64,000 nucleotides of DNA from a virus. The stretch lies in the IMG/VR virus record IMGVR_UViG_3300045988_128600; one strand, 5' to 3'. Both the position numbers and the translations under genes were made by a program. Of the stretch, positions 1 through 11,202 are shown one piece after another. Positions within the stretch are counted from its first letter, which is position 1; each line of letters begins with the position of its first letter. The notes below the pieces were generated by a model, which saw nothing but the letters and a program-made list of their open reading frames with translations, searched no databases and had not been told where the DNA came from.

Positions 1-19
1 AAATGATGATCGGTAAATC

Positions 20-223
20 TCATTTATTTTCTCCTTCATCAGATTTATTAAAACAAAAATGTAAATATTTATTTAAATCAGGAAGATTACCTAATTTTGG
101 AGGTATATTAAATAAATAAGGTTTATCTCCTTTAGTAAAATCTAAAAAATTATTTAGAAGAAAATAAACTTTTTCTTTATATTCTTGATAAGTTTCAATC
201 ATAAATACTTTCTCCTTTTCCAT
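20..223 (-). CDS. hypothetical small protein, last gene of the left-end minus-strand operon
   Basis: 67-aa ORF ending in TGA; very AT-rich; no recognisable motif. Confidence 0.3.
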   Translation of the reverse strand: MEKEKVFMIETYQEYKEKVYFLLNNFLDFTKGDKPYLFNIPPKLGNLPDLNKYLHFCFNKSDEGENK

Positions 224-2273
224 CTAAATAATTCAAAAACCATTCATAAGTAGGTACATAACATAACTCATTATTAAGATAATTTAATAATGGATAAATT
301 TCATTTTTAATATCATTAAAATTAGTTATACATTCTCCTCTTAGAAGATTAAATTCAATTTTCTAATTTTTAATATCTTCTATAATTTGTTTATCTAAAT
401 TGCATAAATTAGGGATATTATTAAAATCTTCTTTATTATTATATAAATTATACATAGTATATAATATATAATAAATTAAAAGAAGAATTTTTTCTAAAAA
501 ATAATTATTTTCATATCCATAAAAAGAAGAATCTAAATCACTTACTAATTTTATTTCATTAATAATCCTATAAAGATTCCGTCTTAAAGTGCTTTGTTTG
601 CAATCTTCGTCAATATTTTCTAATTTTAAAATATCAATAAAATTAGCAAAAAATACAATTATTTTATTGATATATCCTGTAATTATCATATTAGAATTAG
701 AATGAGATAAACAATTAGGATTGTCTTCTAACTAAGTTATATAAAGACCCAGATTCTAATCTTCTAACTCATAAGATTCACCATAAATATCGCATCTATC
801 TAAGAAAATACTGTCTTCTCCAAAGAAAAATTTTGAATATTTTATATTATTCTTAATAAGAAAATCTCTTTTAAGAATTAAATTAATCTTTTCAACTGAC
901 TTATCAACATTAGCTATTTTAAATACACCAAAATCTTCCTCACTATGTTTTATTGAATTATATAAAATTTCTAGAACATTATCATTCGGAAATAAATCAT
1001 CAGAATCCCAAAATAATACATATTTATTAAAAGAATACTCTAATCCTAAATTACGAGTTAGACCGGGTCCTTTTCGTTCTAAATTTTTAAAAAAGAAACA
1101 AGGAAAACTCGCTTCATCAAATACTTCAATAAGTTTTTTATCATAGAAAGAATGGTCGCTAATAAAATATACACAACAGTCTTTTATAATTGTTTGAGTG
1201 GATAAATTATTATACAAATTAATAATTTGCTAATCATTCATATTATAATAAGGTATTATAATATCCATTTTTCCATCAATAAAACGAGTAAAACATTTTT
1301 TTAAATAATAAGTATTATATCTAAATTCAATTGGACATCTATTTTCTTTAAATAACTAATAATTTTCTAAAAAATTTTCTTTATCATTAACTAATTTTAA
1401 ATAAAAATCATAATCTCTAAAATAGGCGTCTTCCATTGGAACTATAAATTCTGATTTTGTATCATAATATTTGTGCCAAATCCAAGAAGCTTCAGACATA
1501 GTTCCATCACAATATTTACAAATATTTTTAGGTTTAAAAATAAAATTATGTAAATCATCTAAACTATTTATATCCTCTAACCGCAAATAATCACTTTCAT
1601 CTTCTGGAATATTTACATTATATTTTTTTCTATAAATATCCAAATGTGCAGAAAAAGGACATATATAAATTTTATAATTTTTTAAAGTAAAACAAGGTAG
1701 CTAATGCGGACATTTATGAAAATATACTTCATTTATATCAGTAGTTCCCGCTTCATTTACAAGCTATTGTCGCATAAATAATCTTGAATTATGATTAAAC
1801 CCTAAACCATGACTATCTAAATATTCTACCGCTTTATGATCAGTATATTTTCCATAAGTAGTAATATCAAATATTACTCCCATATCTTGATATTCTTTCT
1901 CATGTTTAAAAGCATCTTGTAAATGACACCCATTGCTTAATATTTTAATTTCTACTTTATCTTTTGGAAAAACTTCTCTAGCAATCTAACATATTTCAAA
2001 TAATTTTGGATGTAAAGTAGGCTCTCCACCTAAAATCATAAAAAGTTTTATATTTGGAATTTTTTTATAAGCAAAAGTAATTTGATTGCGAAAATCATCT
2101 AAATCAATATACCAAGGTTCTGCCAAGGGAGAAAAATGATTACATCCCGCGCAATTAAGGTTACAATGATCTACAATATGCATTTCTAAGCTAACACCAT
2201 CATAGACCGATTTCCACACTGGATTAGTATAAGGAGGAATCCCTTGATAATTTTTAGTTCTATCTATTTCCAT
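195..2273 (-). CDS. radical-SAM domain followed by a family-2 glycosyltransferase domain in one continuous amber-read-through frame (a fusion, or two adjacent genes that cannot be separated under recoding)
   Basis: ATG at 2273-2271 sits 5 nt after a GGAGGA SD. The N-terminus has CNLNCAGC (CxxxCxxC) and ILGGEPTLHP. The frame has only TAG (about 8) and no TAA/TGA until TGA at 195-197. From M at about 1268 the sequence reads MDIIIPYYN...GPGLTRNLGL...WDSDD, which are GT-A/GT2 motifs. Confidence 0.5.
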
Positions 2274-2835
2274 ATTTATCCTCCAAAACATTTATAATAT
2301 TTCCATCATAATTAACTAATTCTTTTATTTGACTATCTCTTTCCTATAAAAAACATTCCGTACAAATTTCATTTATATCATTTAAATCACTATGAAAAAA
2401 TTCACAACGATGTATTTTTCTATTTAACTATTCACAATTTTTATCACACTTTAAAATCTATTCTTCTTTATCGTAAATAATTGGATGTTCTTCTTCAAAT
2501 CGTAAAGTTAAATATAACTTAAATTCTAATTGTCCCTAACTTGAATATAACATCGTTCTATAAAAAATAGATTTTACTGTAGATTCAAACGTAAATTTTT
2601 GTTTTTGATTAAAAACTAATTCAATAATTTTTATATCTTTGTATTCTAAATCTTTTAATTGATTATACAGATAATTTAATGAAGAATATTTTATATCATT
2701 TGAATTATTTACAATTTTACAAAAAGTAATTTCTTTTGGAAAATTTAATCCAAAAACAATATCATTACATTCACGCTCGTCAAACTTTACTGATTTTAGT
2801 AAAATTTGACGAGCATTATATAAATTAATTAACAT
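2254..2835 (-). CDS. Cys-rich (CxxC pairs) hypothetical protein, TAG-recoded
   Basis: ATG overlaps the upstream TAA (TAATG). Under TAG read-through (5 TAGs) the frame stays open to TAA at 2254. Cys pairs CDKNCE and CTEC are present. It overlaps the start of the next gene by about 20 nt. Confidence 0.4.
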
Positions 2836-3143
2836 TAATAATTACGCCAATATCCAGGAATTTTATATCCTAAGAAATGACGATAAATTAAATAATCTTC
2901 ACTCATATTAGGATTTTCATCTTCATTACAATTATCACAATCACAATTATTGTTATCATTAATACTAGAATCAACAATTTTTTTAATTAAATTGTTAATA
3001 AGAGAATTGACTTCTTCATTTTCTCCATTATTTTCAATCCAATTTAAATAGATTACATATAATAAATCTTTGTAATCTCCAACATCAGATGGGTTAAAAG
3101 TGTCATCTAAATGTTGAATTTGTCTTTTCATTTCTTCAATCAT
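2835..3143 (-). CDS. small acidic Cys-containing protein (CDCDNC)
   Basis: ATG at 3143 overlaps the TGA of the upstream rSAM-SPASM gene (ATGA). It ends in TAA, which overlaps the next ATG. The position suggests a RiPP-recognition-element-like partner, but no motif proves it. Confidence 0.4.
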   Translation of the reverse strand: MIEEMKRQIQHLDDTFNPSDVGDYKDLLYVIYLNWIENNGENEEVNSLINNLIKKIVDSSINDNNNCDCDNCNEDENPNMSEDYLIYRHFLGYKIPGYWRNY

Positions 3144-4539
3144 TATAATACCCCAATTGACGGCATAAAGTAAGCCATTTTTCTTTATCGATTTCACTCT
3201 TAAAATAATTTTTTTCAACGGCAATTTGAGTTAACCCTAATTCACAATAGGTTTTTGCCAAGAAAGTTAAATGTGTTTTATGTAATTTACAAACACTTTC
3301 CCCAGGAACAAATAAATCACCTGTCGCTTCATATTGAGCGCCTAAGCATCCTTTTAAACAATAAGGATCAAAAGGACAAGTCGGACAACCAATATTCATG
3401 TGCGTATTATTCATTTTAATTACACTATACACAGTAGGATTAATAGCAGTAATACCAACTACTTTATCATCTTTTACATCAAGACGTCCGCCAAGGAACT
3501 GAGGATAAGAAGTTCTATGACAAGGCGCAAATTCAAAACTTGCTACATAAAAACAAGTCTAATGTGAAATCGCACAAGTATATTCTTCGCTATCCCAAGT
3601 AGAAGTTAATCCAAGAGGGTCATAATTGCCAAGACAAGGTAAAGAACATTCTTCTCCGTCTCCTAAAAAAATATGTCTTGCCAATTTATCTACAGATTCA
3701 CCATTTTTATGGAATCTTACTTCAAGCATATGAGTTAAAAATTCAAGATAATGATCTAGTTTTTCATCAGTCCATTCATCATTACGAACTTCCAGATACA
3801 TAGGTTGAAAATCATGAATATCTTCACCAGCAAGATTATATTTTTCATATTGTTCGTCCCACCAATCAAAATTCTTAATAGCACTCTCAATATTACTTGG
3901 AGAAATCATAGGGTGAATACCACAAGGATTTCTTTGAAGAAATTCAAGAATTTTAATATAATAACTATCATCTTTATCGCGCTCGCGCACGCTATTATAA
4001 GGTCCATCTACAGAACAAGAAAGGCTTATTTCCATATTAATAGTTTTAAATCTAGTTAAAAGTTCTTCCATTCTTTTAGCTTTTTTATCATTGGTAGCAA
4101 AACTAAAATTATTCGGCATTACAATACGAGGATGATTATTAAAAAGATTAGGATGTTCATCATACAATTCTTTATAATATTTAAACATTAATTCAAATAT
4201 TTCAAATCCAATATCATCATAAAATAAATCTCCAGCAAAAAGTTCCATTTCATGAAATAAAACTTTTCTTTCTTTAAAAATATAATTTAAAATAATATCA
4301 GTATTATGAATTAAAGTTTTATTATCAACCCGCTTTTCCATAGGGTAAAGCTTATCTCCATATCTTGCAACATAACAATATTCACATTGTTGATTGCATT
4401 CAGGTCTTATAATAAGCTCAAAAGACTCCCCATTAATCCAGTATCCTTCCTCTTGATGGTCCCTATTAAAAATATAATTATCTACAAATTTTTCAAAATA
4501 TTTATTATTATCTAATTGACAACCTTCACTAATATTCAT
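3136..4539 (-). CDS. radical SAM / SPASM-domain maturase (TAG-recoded, about 467 aa)
   Basis: CNQQCEYC (CxxxCxxC) near the N-terminus. One in-frame TAG at 3559 joins the rSAM half to a C-terminal GCPTCPFDPYCLKGC, which is exactly the SPASM CX2CX5CX3C pattern. The start is coupled to the upstream stop (TAATG). Confidence 0.65.
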
Positions 4540-6038
4540 TAATTACTTTCTCCTCTATATTCATTCATATTTTCAGTATTTTGGAACCACTCTTCTTCAG
4601 GTTTAAGTAAATTATTTTCTCTATCTACATACATAAATAATGCTGATTGAGTTCTTAAAGTACCTATACTTCTTAATAAAGCACTACCTGAAGAAATAAA
4701 ATTATTATAAGTACAAGCATCAATTTTTGTTGCAATTAATGCCAATCTTAATAATTTATCAGGATTATATTTGTAGATAGAGTTTAATTGATTACATTCA
4801 TTAAGCATTTGTAAAGTATTTACAGTCGCTTGAAACATGAATGGGAAGGAATGTGTTTTATACATATCATATTTATATATAACTTTATTAATATCTTCTT
4901 CACTATCAGTTAAAAGATTGATACAATCAGTTTTAGTACGACGAGTATCTTTTCTTAATTGCGCTCCAATAGTGCCATCATCTTTAACATTATTACCGTC
5001 AAGATCAAACATAAAGTTTTGGCAAGACATCATAGTACCATCATAAAGTAATTTTAATTCATTAAAATTACCACTACAAAAATTATTTCTTGAAGCTACG
5101 GTAATTGCTTCTTGATTTCCTTCCATAACTAATCGCATTAATTCTTGAGGTGTAATTGGACGATCTTCTCCAGTAAATCCATGTAAATCAGAAAATACTT
5201 CTTCATAAAGATGACGGTAACCAATAATAATACCAACTGGAAGATGTGGGTCATGAAAATCACTTACATCAATATTAACAAGACGTTGTAAAAAAGATTC
5301 ATACTCAATACGCTCATCAACTGATCCATCTCTTGGGTTCTCAGGGCAAATAGATACGCTACTATTTACTTCAACTCTCTAATTAAGATTAATATCAGCT
5401 AATTCGAATCCAAAATTATCTAAATCTTTATAATAATCATGAACTTTTTGAGTTGTATTAAGCTCATGAATTAAAGCTCCAGAAAGAACACCATGTAATT
5501 GAATAGATACATTTACATTATGAAATTTAATTTTATTTAATTCTTTAATTACAGTTGAAGCAGTTTCAAAGATTTTTTCATTATTGGCATTTCTAATATT
5601 ATTGGTTGAGTAAGTGCCATCGTAAGAAAATTGAACTTCTAAAGCAAGTTCATTATTTGCCAATTCATCAACTTTTTTAATAAAATTAACAGTTCTTTCA
5701 GGGAAATCCATCCCATTAGTAGAATAATCAATATGATTAATATTTGGGAAATAATTAAACCAATCTTCCAAATGATCAGTAAGAAGATGCAGGGTCAATG
5801 TAGGTTCTTGACCCCATAAAGTAAAACATTCTATTTTATATCTGTCAAGATTTAAACGCTTAAAAATACCTTTTACATTATTTAAAAAAGTGCCATCATT
5901 TAAAGCTTTAATAGTTTCATGTTGTAAATTTGCGGAGCAATTATTTAAAGTATTTTCAATAAGACAATATTTACAATGTAAATTACATCCACATGAAGAT
6001 ACTAAAGATACTGCTCTAATATCCATTTCTTTAAACAT
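4539..6038 (-). CDS. radical SAM enzyme (TAG-recoded, about 499 aa)
   Basis: SCGCNLHCKYC (CxxxCxxC) and GQEPTL (GGEP-like) motifs. ORFs 5379..6038 and 4539..5138 are in the same frame with only TAG between them. GGAG SD upstream of ATG 6038; ends TAA at 4539-4541. Confidence 0.6.
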
Positions 6039-6071
6039 TTATATTTATAAAACTCCTTTTTCTCAAAAGAA

Positions 6072-6851
6072 TTAAGAACGTGATCTACCAGCGCCACTAC
6101 GATTTGTACTATTAGAAGTATAAGCCCCTCTATAGGCTCCTCTATAAGTACTTCTATTACCATTATTACTACTATAATTAGAACTTCTTACTCCATTATT
6201 ACTTGAGTAATTAGCAGTATAATAAGTATAATTACTTGAATAATTTGAACTTCTATTGCCATTATTACTACTATAGTTTGAACTTTTATTACCATTATTA
6301 CTTGAATAATCAGAAGAACGTTGGGCATTATTACTTGAATAATAAGAGCTTCTTTGGGCGTCATTACTACTATAATAAGAACTTCTTTGGGCGTCATTAC
6401 TACTATAATAAGAACTTCTTTGTGAATTATTGCTTGAATAATTAGAACTATTATAACTATTATTGCTTGTATAATCCGCACCATTATAGCTATTATTGCT
6501 TGTATAATTAGCACCACGATAACTATTATTACTTGTATAATCTGCTCCATTATAAGCGCAAATACCATTTATAGTATCAAGTTTACTTCTAATTTCTTCT
6601 AAGGGGACTCGTTTCATAAGCTCACTAGCTCTTGGAGCGGTAAAATTAGAAAAAATAGCCTAAGTTCCTACATAAGAAACATTTCTTAAATTTTCAATTT
6701 CATTTTTTAAAGTAGTAATGTCACTTTGTCTCGCATGACGCTCCCCGTTTGAGGAAGCAGTCGTGCGAGTTTGAGAAAAACGAGTCTAAGCAGTATTTAA
6801 AGTATCATATAGAGCGCGAACATCGCTCCATGAAATACGACTACCAGCCAT
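6072..6851 (-). CDS. repetitive S/N/Y-rich protein with leader-like N-terminus; candidate substrate (precursor) of the downstream rSAM/GT enzymes
   Basis: ATG at 6851-6849. Two in-frame TAGs (6786, 6660) join a non-repetitive about 80-aa N-terminal part to tandem about 10-11-aa repeats (YTSNNSY(R/N)G, QRSSYYSSN(D/N)A, NGN(K/R)SSNYSSN). Ends TAA. Confidence 0.55.
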
Positions 6852-6864
6852 TTATATTCTCTCC

Positions 6865-7281
6865 TTAATTTACAGCCTCGGGAGTGTAAGTTATATTAAG
6901 TTCTGCTACAGTATTATAACTATCAGCATATGACTTATCTCCAATATCATTATTATATTCGAAGACCATCTCAGCGATATTGGCGATATTTTTTTCAAAA
7001 ACTTTTCTATAATCATTAGAAACAGTTAAATAATATACACCAATTTTAGCAATCTTTGAACGATCAAAATTGCTAATAAGATCAGCAGAAACTTTAGATA
7101 AATTTAAAGCTTCAACATCATAACCTTCTGAATATTCACGTAGTCTGAAAGCATATTTAACTCCATTGGTTTCTCCATTAATACTCGCAGAAAAAACAAC
7201 AGGACCAGTTATAATACTTTCATTTTCTTTACCTTCATTATCAGTAACAATCACCTTAAAGGTATTATTTAATTCAGCCAT
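6865..7281 (-). CDS. hypothetical protein (138 aa), first gene of the left-end late-type operon
   Basis: Perfect AGGAGG SD. No in-frame TAG. Ends TAA. Follows the strong terminator at 7416-7447. Confidence 0.5.
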   Translation of the reverse strand: MAELNNTFKVIVTDNEGKENESIITGPVVFSASINGETNGVKYAFRLREYSEGYDVEALNLSKVSADLISNFDRSKIAKIGVYYLTVSNDYRKVFEKNIANIAEMVFEYNNDIGDKSYADSYNTVAELNITYTPEAVN

Positions 7282-7415
7282 TATTAAAATTCCTCCTAAT
7301 AAAATAAATAGTCAGGATATCATATATCCTATTTTTATTAAAAATTTATTTTATTTTATTTTTTAATTTCGGTTAAACCTAACCATTTATCATTTTTACT
7401 AAATAAATAATAACA

Positions 7416-7447
7416 AAAAAAAAGAGTAATGTCAAATGACATTACTC
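7416..7447. terminator. bidirectional rho-independent terminator
   Basis: agagtaatgtca-aa-tgacattactct hairpin flanked by an A-run and a T-run. Sits immediately 3' of gene 7454..7759 on the minus strand. Confidence 0.6.
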
Positions 7448-7453
7448 TTTAAA

Positions 7454-7759
7454 TTAACTTAATCCCAATCTTGCCTTCAAATCGGCAATATTTTTCTTTT
7501 CATCTGTGGTGATTTCAATCGGGGTTTCTCCACCTGCGGTTGCCCCATCTTCAAAATTCAAAACATTTGAATCCGCGGTTGCACCTGCTTCACCGACCGG
7601 AGTCTTTGGGCATGTCATACTAATAGCAATCTGAATTCGCTCACCATTTTCATTAGCCCAAAGATAATACTTTTTATCTCGCTCGCCGATCCAATCAGCG
7701 CCAAATACTTCCGCCATTTTCTTAGCGATCTGTTCCTTAGCTACTGCGCCTTTGGCCAT
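7454..7759 (-). CDS. hypothetical protein
   Basis: 101-aa ORF ending TAA; no in-frame TAG. Confidence 0.45.
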   Translation of the reverse strand: MAKGAVAKEQIAKKMAEVFGADWIGERDKKYYLWANENGERIQIAISMTCPKTPVGEAGATADSNVLNFEDGATAGGETPIEITTDEKKNIADLKARLGLS

Positions 7760-7771
7760 ATCTAATTCTCC

Positions 7772-9223
7772 TTAACTAAAATTATGTATAAAGTCTTTTA
7801 AAGACCTAAAATTATTAACTTTTTCTTCACCAGCATCTCTAAAGCACCAAGGACATAAATACATATCAGTCCCTTTATGATAGTGAATATCTTCTGTATA
7901 ATATAAATTATTACAACATTCGCATCGTTTACAATAAGTATCCGCACAACTATCGCAAACTAATTCATTCTCATCACCTACGGAATTTGCTTCATCGAGG
8001 ATTATACGAGAACCGCAACAAGCGCAATAACCATAGTTATCGTCTTCGTTTACTCCATAACTAAATTCACAGTCTCCGCATCGCATATATTCTCCACTTT
8101 CAATTATAGTTTTACCGCATTGTAAGCAGGGAACATCACCACCAATAGACCAATGAGGAAGATCAGTCTCCAATGGATAATAATACAACTTTAAACTGTA
8201 AATAGGTAAATAGCAAGAAGAATAAAGCAAATCATTATATTGAAGAGTATGCTCGCCAATATCTCCAACAATATCACCAATAGGATATAAACGAGATAAA
8301 ATAGGAATCCATGTTTCAGATAGTCCAATAGTTTCTTCACCAAAAGGAGTAGAGCTCATCCTATTAGAGACAGTGTTAATACCTCCATCTACCCAATCAC
8401 GCAACTGAAAAGTCTTATCAAAAGTATTAATAATATCTTTAATCTTAATTAAAGCATTAGTTGTCATAAAAGGATATTGGCGACCAGCCATCAGACCGCG
8501 TCGTTTATCTTCCATGTAAAGAAGCATACGCCATTTCTTAGAATTCCAAAGAACATCTTCGGGAAAGTGCGGAAGTTTCTGATTCTCCGCTCCGCGCAAA
8601 TAGCAAATAAAAGTGCTTCTATCTACCATGTAAGATAAATTTCCTGCTCTATATTCGCCATCAAGCGCATGGCAAGAACGCCAATTGTAAGTATTTTCAC
8701 TCACGCTTAAAAAATCCAAAGGATGAACTGAGAAACATAGTGTTCCCTCAATCTTATCCTCTTGGATAATACGACTTGCATAATTTTGAATGTCTTCCAA
8801 AGAGCGCGGATTCTCTTCAAAATACTTAAAAGCCTTAACTAATTTCATTCCTCTTGGAATCTTTTTATCCTTATAAAAATAAGTATCTATAACTGTATTA
8901 TCAAAGAATCCTTCTTTATTTACTGAAATAAAATCCTTTAAGTCTTCATTATTATAAGTATAATTAATTGTTTCAAGAAACTCCTCAAGACGATGCTCTT
9001 TAGTTTTATCATCTAAAGAAAAAGATACTTTTTCCGGCCATTCATAAATTAAATGACCGTGAAAAAATTTAATTAAGTCTTTTTTGGCTTCGAGGAATCT
9101 TTCGAATAGTTCTTCTGTTTTTGGATTACTGATTCCTTGGGAGTAACTGATGACTTTGTTGAACTGTTCTCTAATGCTTTCGATGTCGAAGTCACATGAC
9201 ATTTGACTAATCCTCCAATACAA
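7772..9223 (-). CDS. hypothetical protein with C-terminal multi-CxxC zinc-ribbon region; paralog of 11710..13314
   Basis: Shares an HPLD(F/Y) motif and a WNSK(K/R)WR motif with 11710..13314. The start is uncertain: the TTG-called start overlaps the upstream gene by 150 nt, and the first ATG is at 9197. Confidence 0.5.
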   Translation of the reverse strand: MYWRISQMSCDFDIESIREQFNKVISYSQGISNPKTEELFERFLEAKKDLIKFFHGHLIYEWPEKVSFSLDDKTKEHRLEEFLETINYTYNNEDLKDFISVNKEGFFDNTVIDTYFYKDKKIPRGMKLVKAFKYFEENPRSLEDIQNYASRIIQEDKIEGTLCFSVHPLDFLSVSENTYNWRSCHALDGEYRAGNLSYMVDRSTFICYLRGAENQKLPHFPEDVLWNSKKWRMLLYMEDKRRGLMAGRQYPFMTTNALIKIKDIINTFDKTFQLRDWVDGGINTVSNRMSSTPFGEETIGLSETWIPILSRLYPIGDIVGDIGEHTLQYNDLLYSSCYLPIYSLKLYYYPLETDLPHWSIGGDVPCLQCGKTIIESGEYMRCGDCEFSYGVNEDDNYGYCACCGSRIILDEANSVGDENELVCDSCADTYCKRCECCNNLYYTEDIHYHKGTDMYLCPWCFRDAGEEKVNNFRSLKDFIHNFS

Positions 9224-10179
9224 TCTTTACAATACTCGCTGTGTGGGTTCGCAGGGTCAATTTCAAATGCCTCTTCACACTCCGCACACCATTCAACATT
9301 ACTGGGAATACAATCAGGGCAATAAAAACATGTATGTCCATCTAATCCCTTTACTGGAAATGTTTCATATTCACTAAATAACTGACCGCATCCTCTACAA
9401 TGAACGTAGAATCCATCACCATCAGTTGGAAAATTCTTACAAATATTATCGAACCAAATGTTATGATAATTACGATAATACTCAAAATTAGGGATATCTT
9501 TCTCTTGGAGCATGCGGATTACCTTATTAATCGTATCAAAAAGAGCACCCGCATTTAATGTTTCAATACGGTTATGTTCATTTTTATAACCTACTGAAAG
9601 ATTTACACCACAAATTTTCCATTCAGGGCATAAAACGCTAATATCACTAAACGTGCCAAAATCCTCTACAAATCCAAAAGATTCAATGTAATCAATGAAT
9701 TTAGGATTGTAAAGGTCATAAAACACACAATCATTTGTGCCCTGTCTGTCCAACTGAATAATATATTTCAGATCAGGAAACGGACACTCAAAATATTGTA
9801 ATACTAATGCTTCGGCGCCTAATCCACCAAGCTCTTCATCGGTGGTAAAAATAATAGAAGGGCGCAAAGACGTATTTCTCAAAATATGAAGAATCGCATA
9901 TACTCCTGCTCTATCATCTGCGCCAAGACCATCGGGCGACCAAAGCACATTTTTTCTTGTATCATAATATAAATCTTTGACCGGTTTCTCAAATACGGTA
10001 TCAAGATGAGCTACTAAAGCAATCGGAATATCGCCGACCGCACAAACATATTCTTTAGTAATAACTACTTCAGTATATTTAGATTTCAATACATCGGCAA
10101 CATATTCCCTTAACTCATCTTGCGTCGAGCGAACCAGATATTCAAATAACCAAAGTTCATTAGTTTTAAAACCTCTCAC
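9073..10179 (-). CDS. putative Zn metallopeptidase (M20/M28/M42-like) with C-terminal zinc ribbon
   Basis: AHLDTV (HxD), GADDRAG (bridging Asp) and TTDEELGGLGA (EE) motifs. C-terminal CxxC pairs. Confidence 0.45.
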   Translation of the reverse strand: MRGFKTNELWLFEYLVRSTQDELREYVADVLKSKYTEVVITKEYVCAVGDIPIALVAHLDTVFEKPVKDLYYDTRKNVLWSPDGLGADDRAGVYAILHILRNTSLRPSIIFTTDEELGGLGAEALVLQYFECPFPDLKYIIQLDRQGTNDCVFYDLYNPKFIDYIESFGFVEDFGTFSDISVLCPEWKICGVNLSVGYKNEHNRIETLNAGALFDTINKVIRMLQEKDIPNFEYYRNYHNIWFDNICKNFPTDGDGFYVHCRGCGQLFSEYETFPVKGLDGHTCFYCPDCIPSNVEWCAECEEAFEIDPANPHSEYCKDCIGGLVKCHVTSTSKALENSSTKSSVTPKESVIQKQKNYSKDSSKPKKT

Positions 10180-10230
10180 AGTTTATTCTCCTATCTTTTA
10201 TCTTATATTTATATTATAACATTATTTTTT

Positions 10231-10878
10231 TTATTTGTCAATTGAGTCCTCTTCCGCCTCGGGAATAGGATTATTCTGCTTACTTGCTTGAACGGCTTTA
10301 TCTATAACACGAGAAAATATAAATGCGGTTTCACAATAATGACACGTCCCTTGTCGTTGACAGCGCTGACCGCAATTGATGCGGTTGGGGCCAAAATCTT
10401 CGGGGATTCCACGATTATCCGCATTATAATTTAAATTGGTTAATAAAAGGTTTAGATTACCTTGCCAATGACCGCTTTGGTAGATATCCAAAAGCACAGC
10501 TTCTTTAGAAAGCGCAGGTTCGTCAAATTCTAAAGTTGAGACATATGTTCCATAATAATCCACATCTTCCGGTCGAACGTAGGAACCGCATATTCCATTT
10601 TCTCTTGGAAGGTTATCGTCATAGCATTTATTCGCAATCATACGAATTGGAACTTTTGCTTGCTGATTTAATTGTCTCAAATCAAACGTAAGCGGTGCCC
10701 CGATGAAAAGTTCGCTAACTCCAAGATCAAGGAGAACACGGACTTCTGCCCATGTAGTAGCAGGATAAGCGAAATAATACTTTATATCAATATTACATCC
10801 ATTACGAGTAAGCATATCTTCAAATGCTACAATAAGATCGACTTTATTCTTAAATGAATCAATCTCTTCCCAATTCAC
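10231..10878 (-). CDS. hypothetical protein
   Basis: 215-aa ORF ending TAA. Confidence 0.45.
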   Translation of the reverse strand: MNWEEIDSFKNKVDLIVAFEDMLTRNGCNIDIKYYFAYPATTWAEVRVLLDLGVSELFIGAPLTFDLRQLNQQAKVPIRMIANKCYDDNLPRENGICGSYVRPEDVDYYGTYVSTLEFDEPALSKEAVLLDIYQSGHWQGNLNLLLTNLNYNADNRGIPEDFGPNRINCGQRCQRQGTCHYCETAFIFSRVIDKAVQASKQNNPIPEAEEDSIDK

Positions 10879-11202
10879 TTCTTCGTTTTTGCGGATTCTG
10901 ATAATATATCGCTTATTGGGGAATTTCTAAATCATATCATACATAATGTTTATATCATTATAATTAACCATAAGCTCATCAGCCTTCTCGCGGACAACAT
11001 CAGGTTGACGCACAGAAACACAATATTTCAAATTATATCACTCCTTTATAATATAATTATAACAAAAAACTCCAATTTTGTCAAGAAAATTCTAAACGGC
11101 TTTTTACTTTTGGACTTTCGGTATGTGCGACCAGCACCGGTCGGAGCAGATAACAAGAAAAAATGGACTGAAAAATTTTCAGTCCATTTAATCATTTAAT
11201 GC

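Noticed and set aside
5400-5412. tRNA T-arm-like string aattcgaatcc; general search for a suppressor tRNA
   Set aside because: It lies inside the rSAM coding frame with no acceptor or anticodon stems. No convincing tRNA (GTTCGA/GTTCAA T-loop with matching acceptor stem) was found on either strand in this window, so the suppressor is presumably encoded elsewhere.
6188-6568. Alternative-frame ORFs over the repetitive region (126 aa minus strand, 69 aa plus strand)
   Set aside because: These are frame artefacts of the tandem repeat. The frame with the ATG, SD-proximal leader and TAA stop was retained.
1-6851. Interpreting the fragmented left-end ORFs as pseudogenes
   Set aside because: Every break is TAG, the frames are preserved across breaks, and conserved motifs (the SPASM domain) span the breaks. 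The real ends use TAA/TGA with start-stop coupling.
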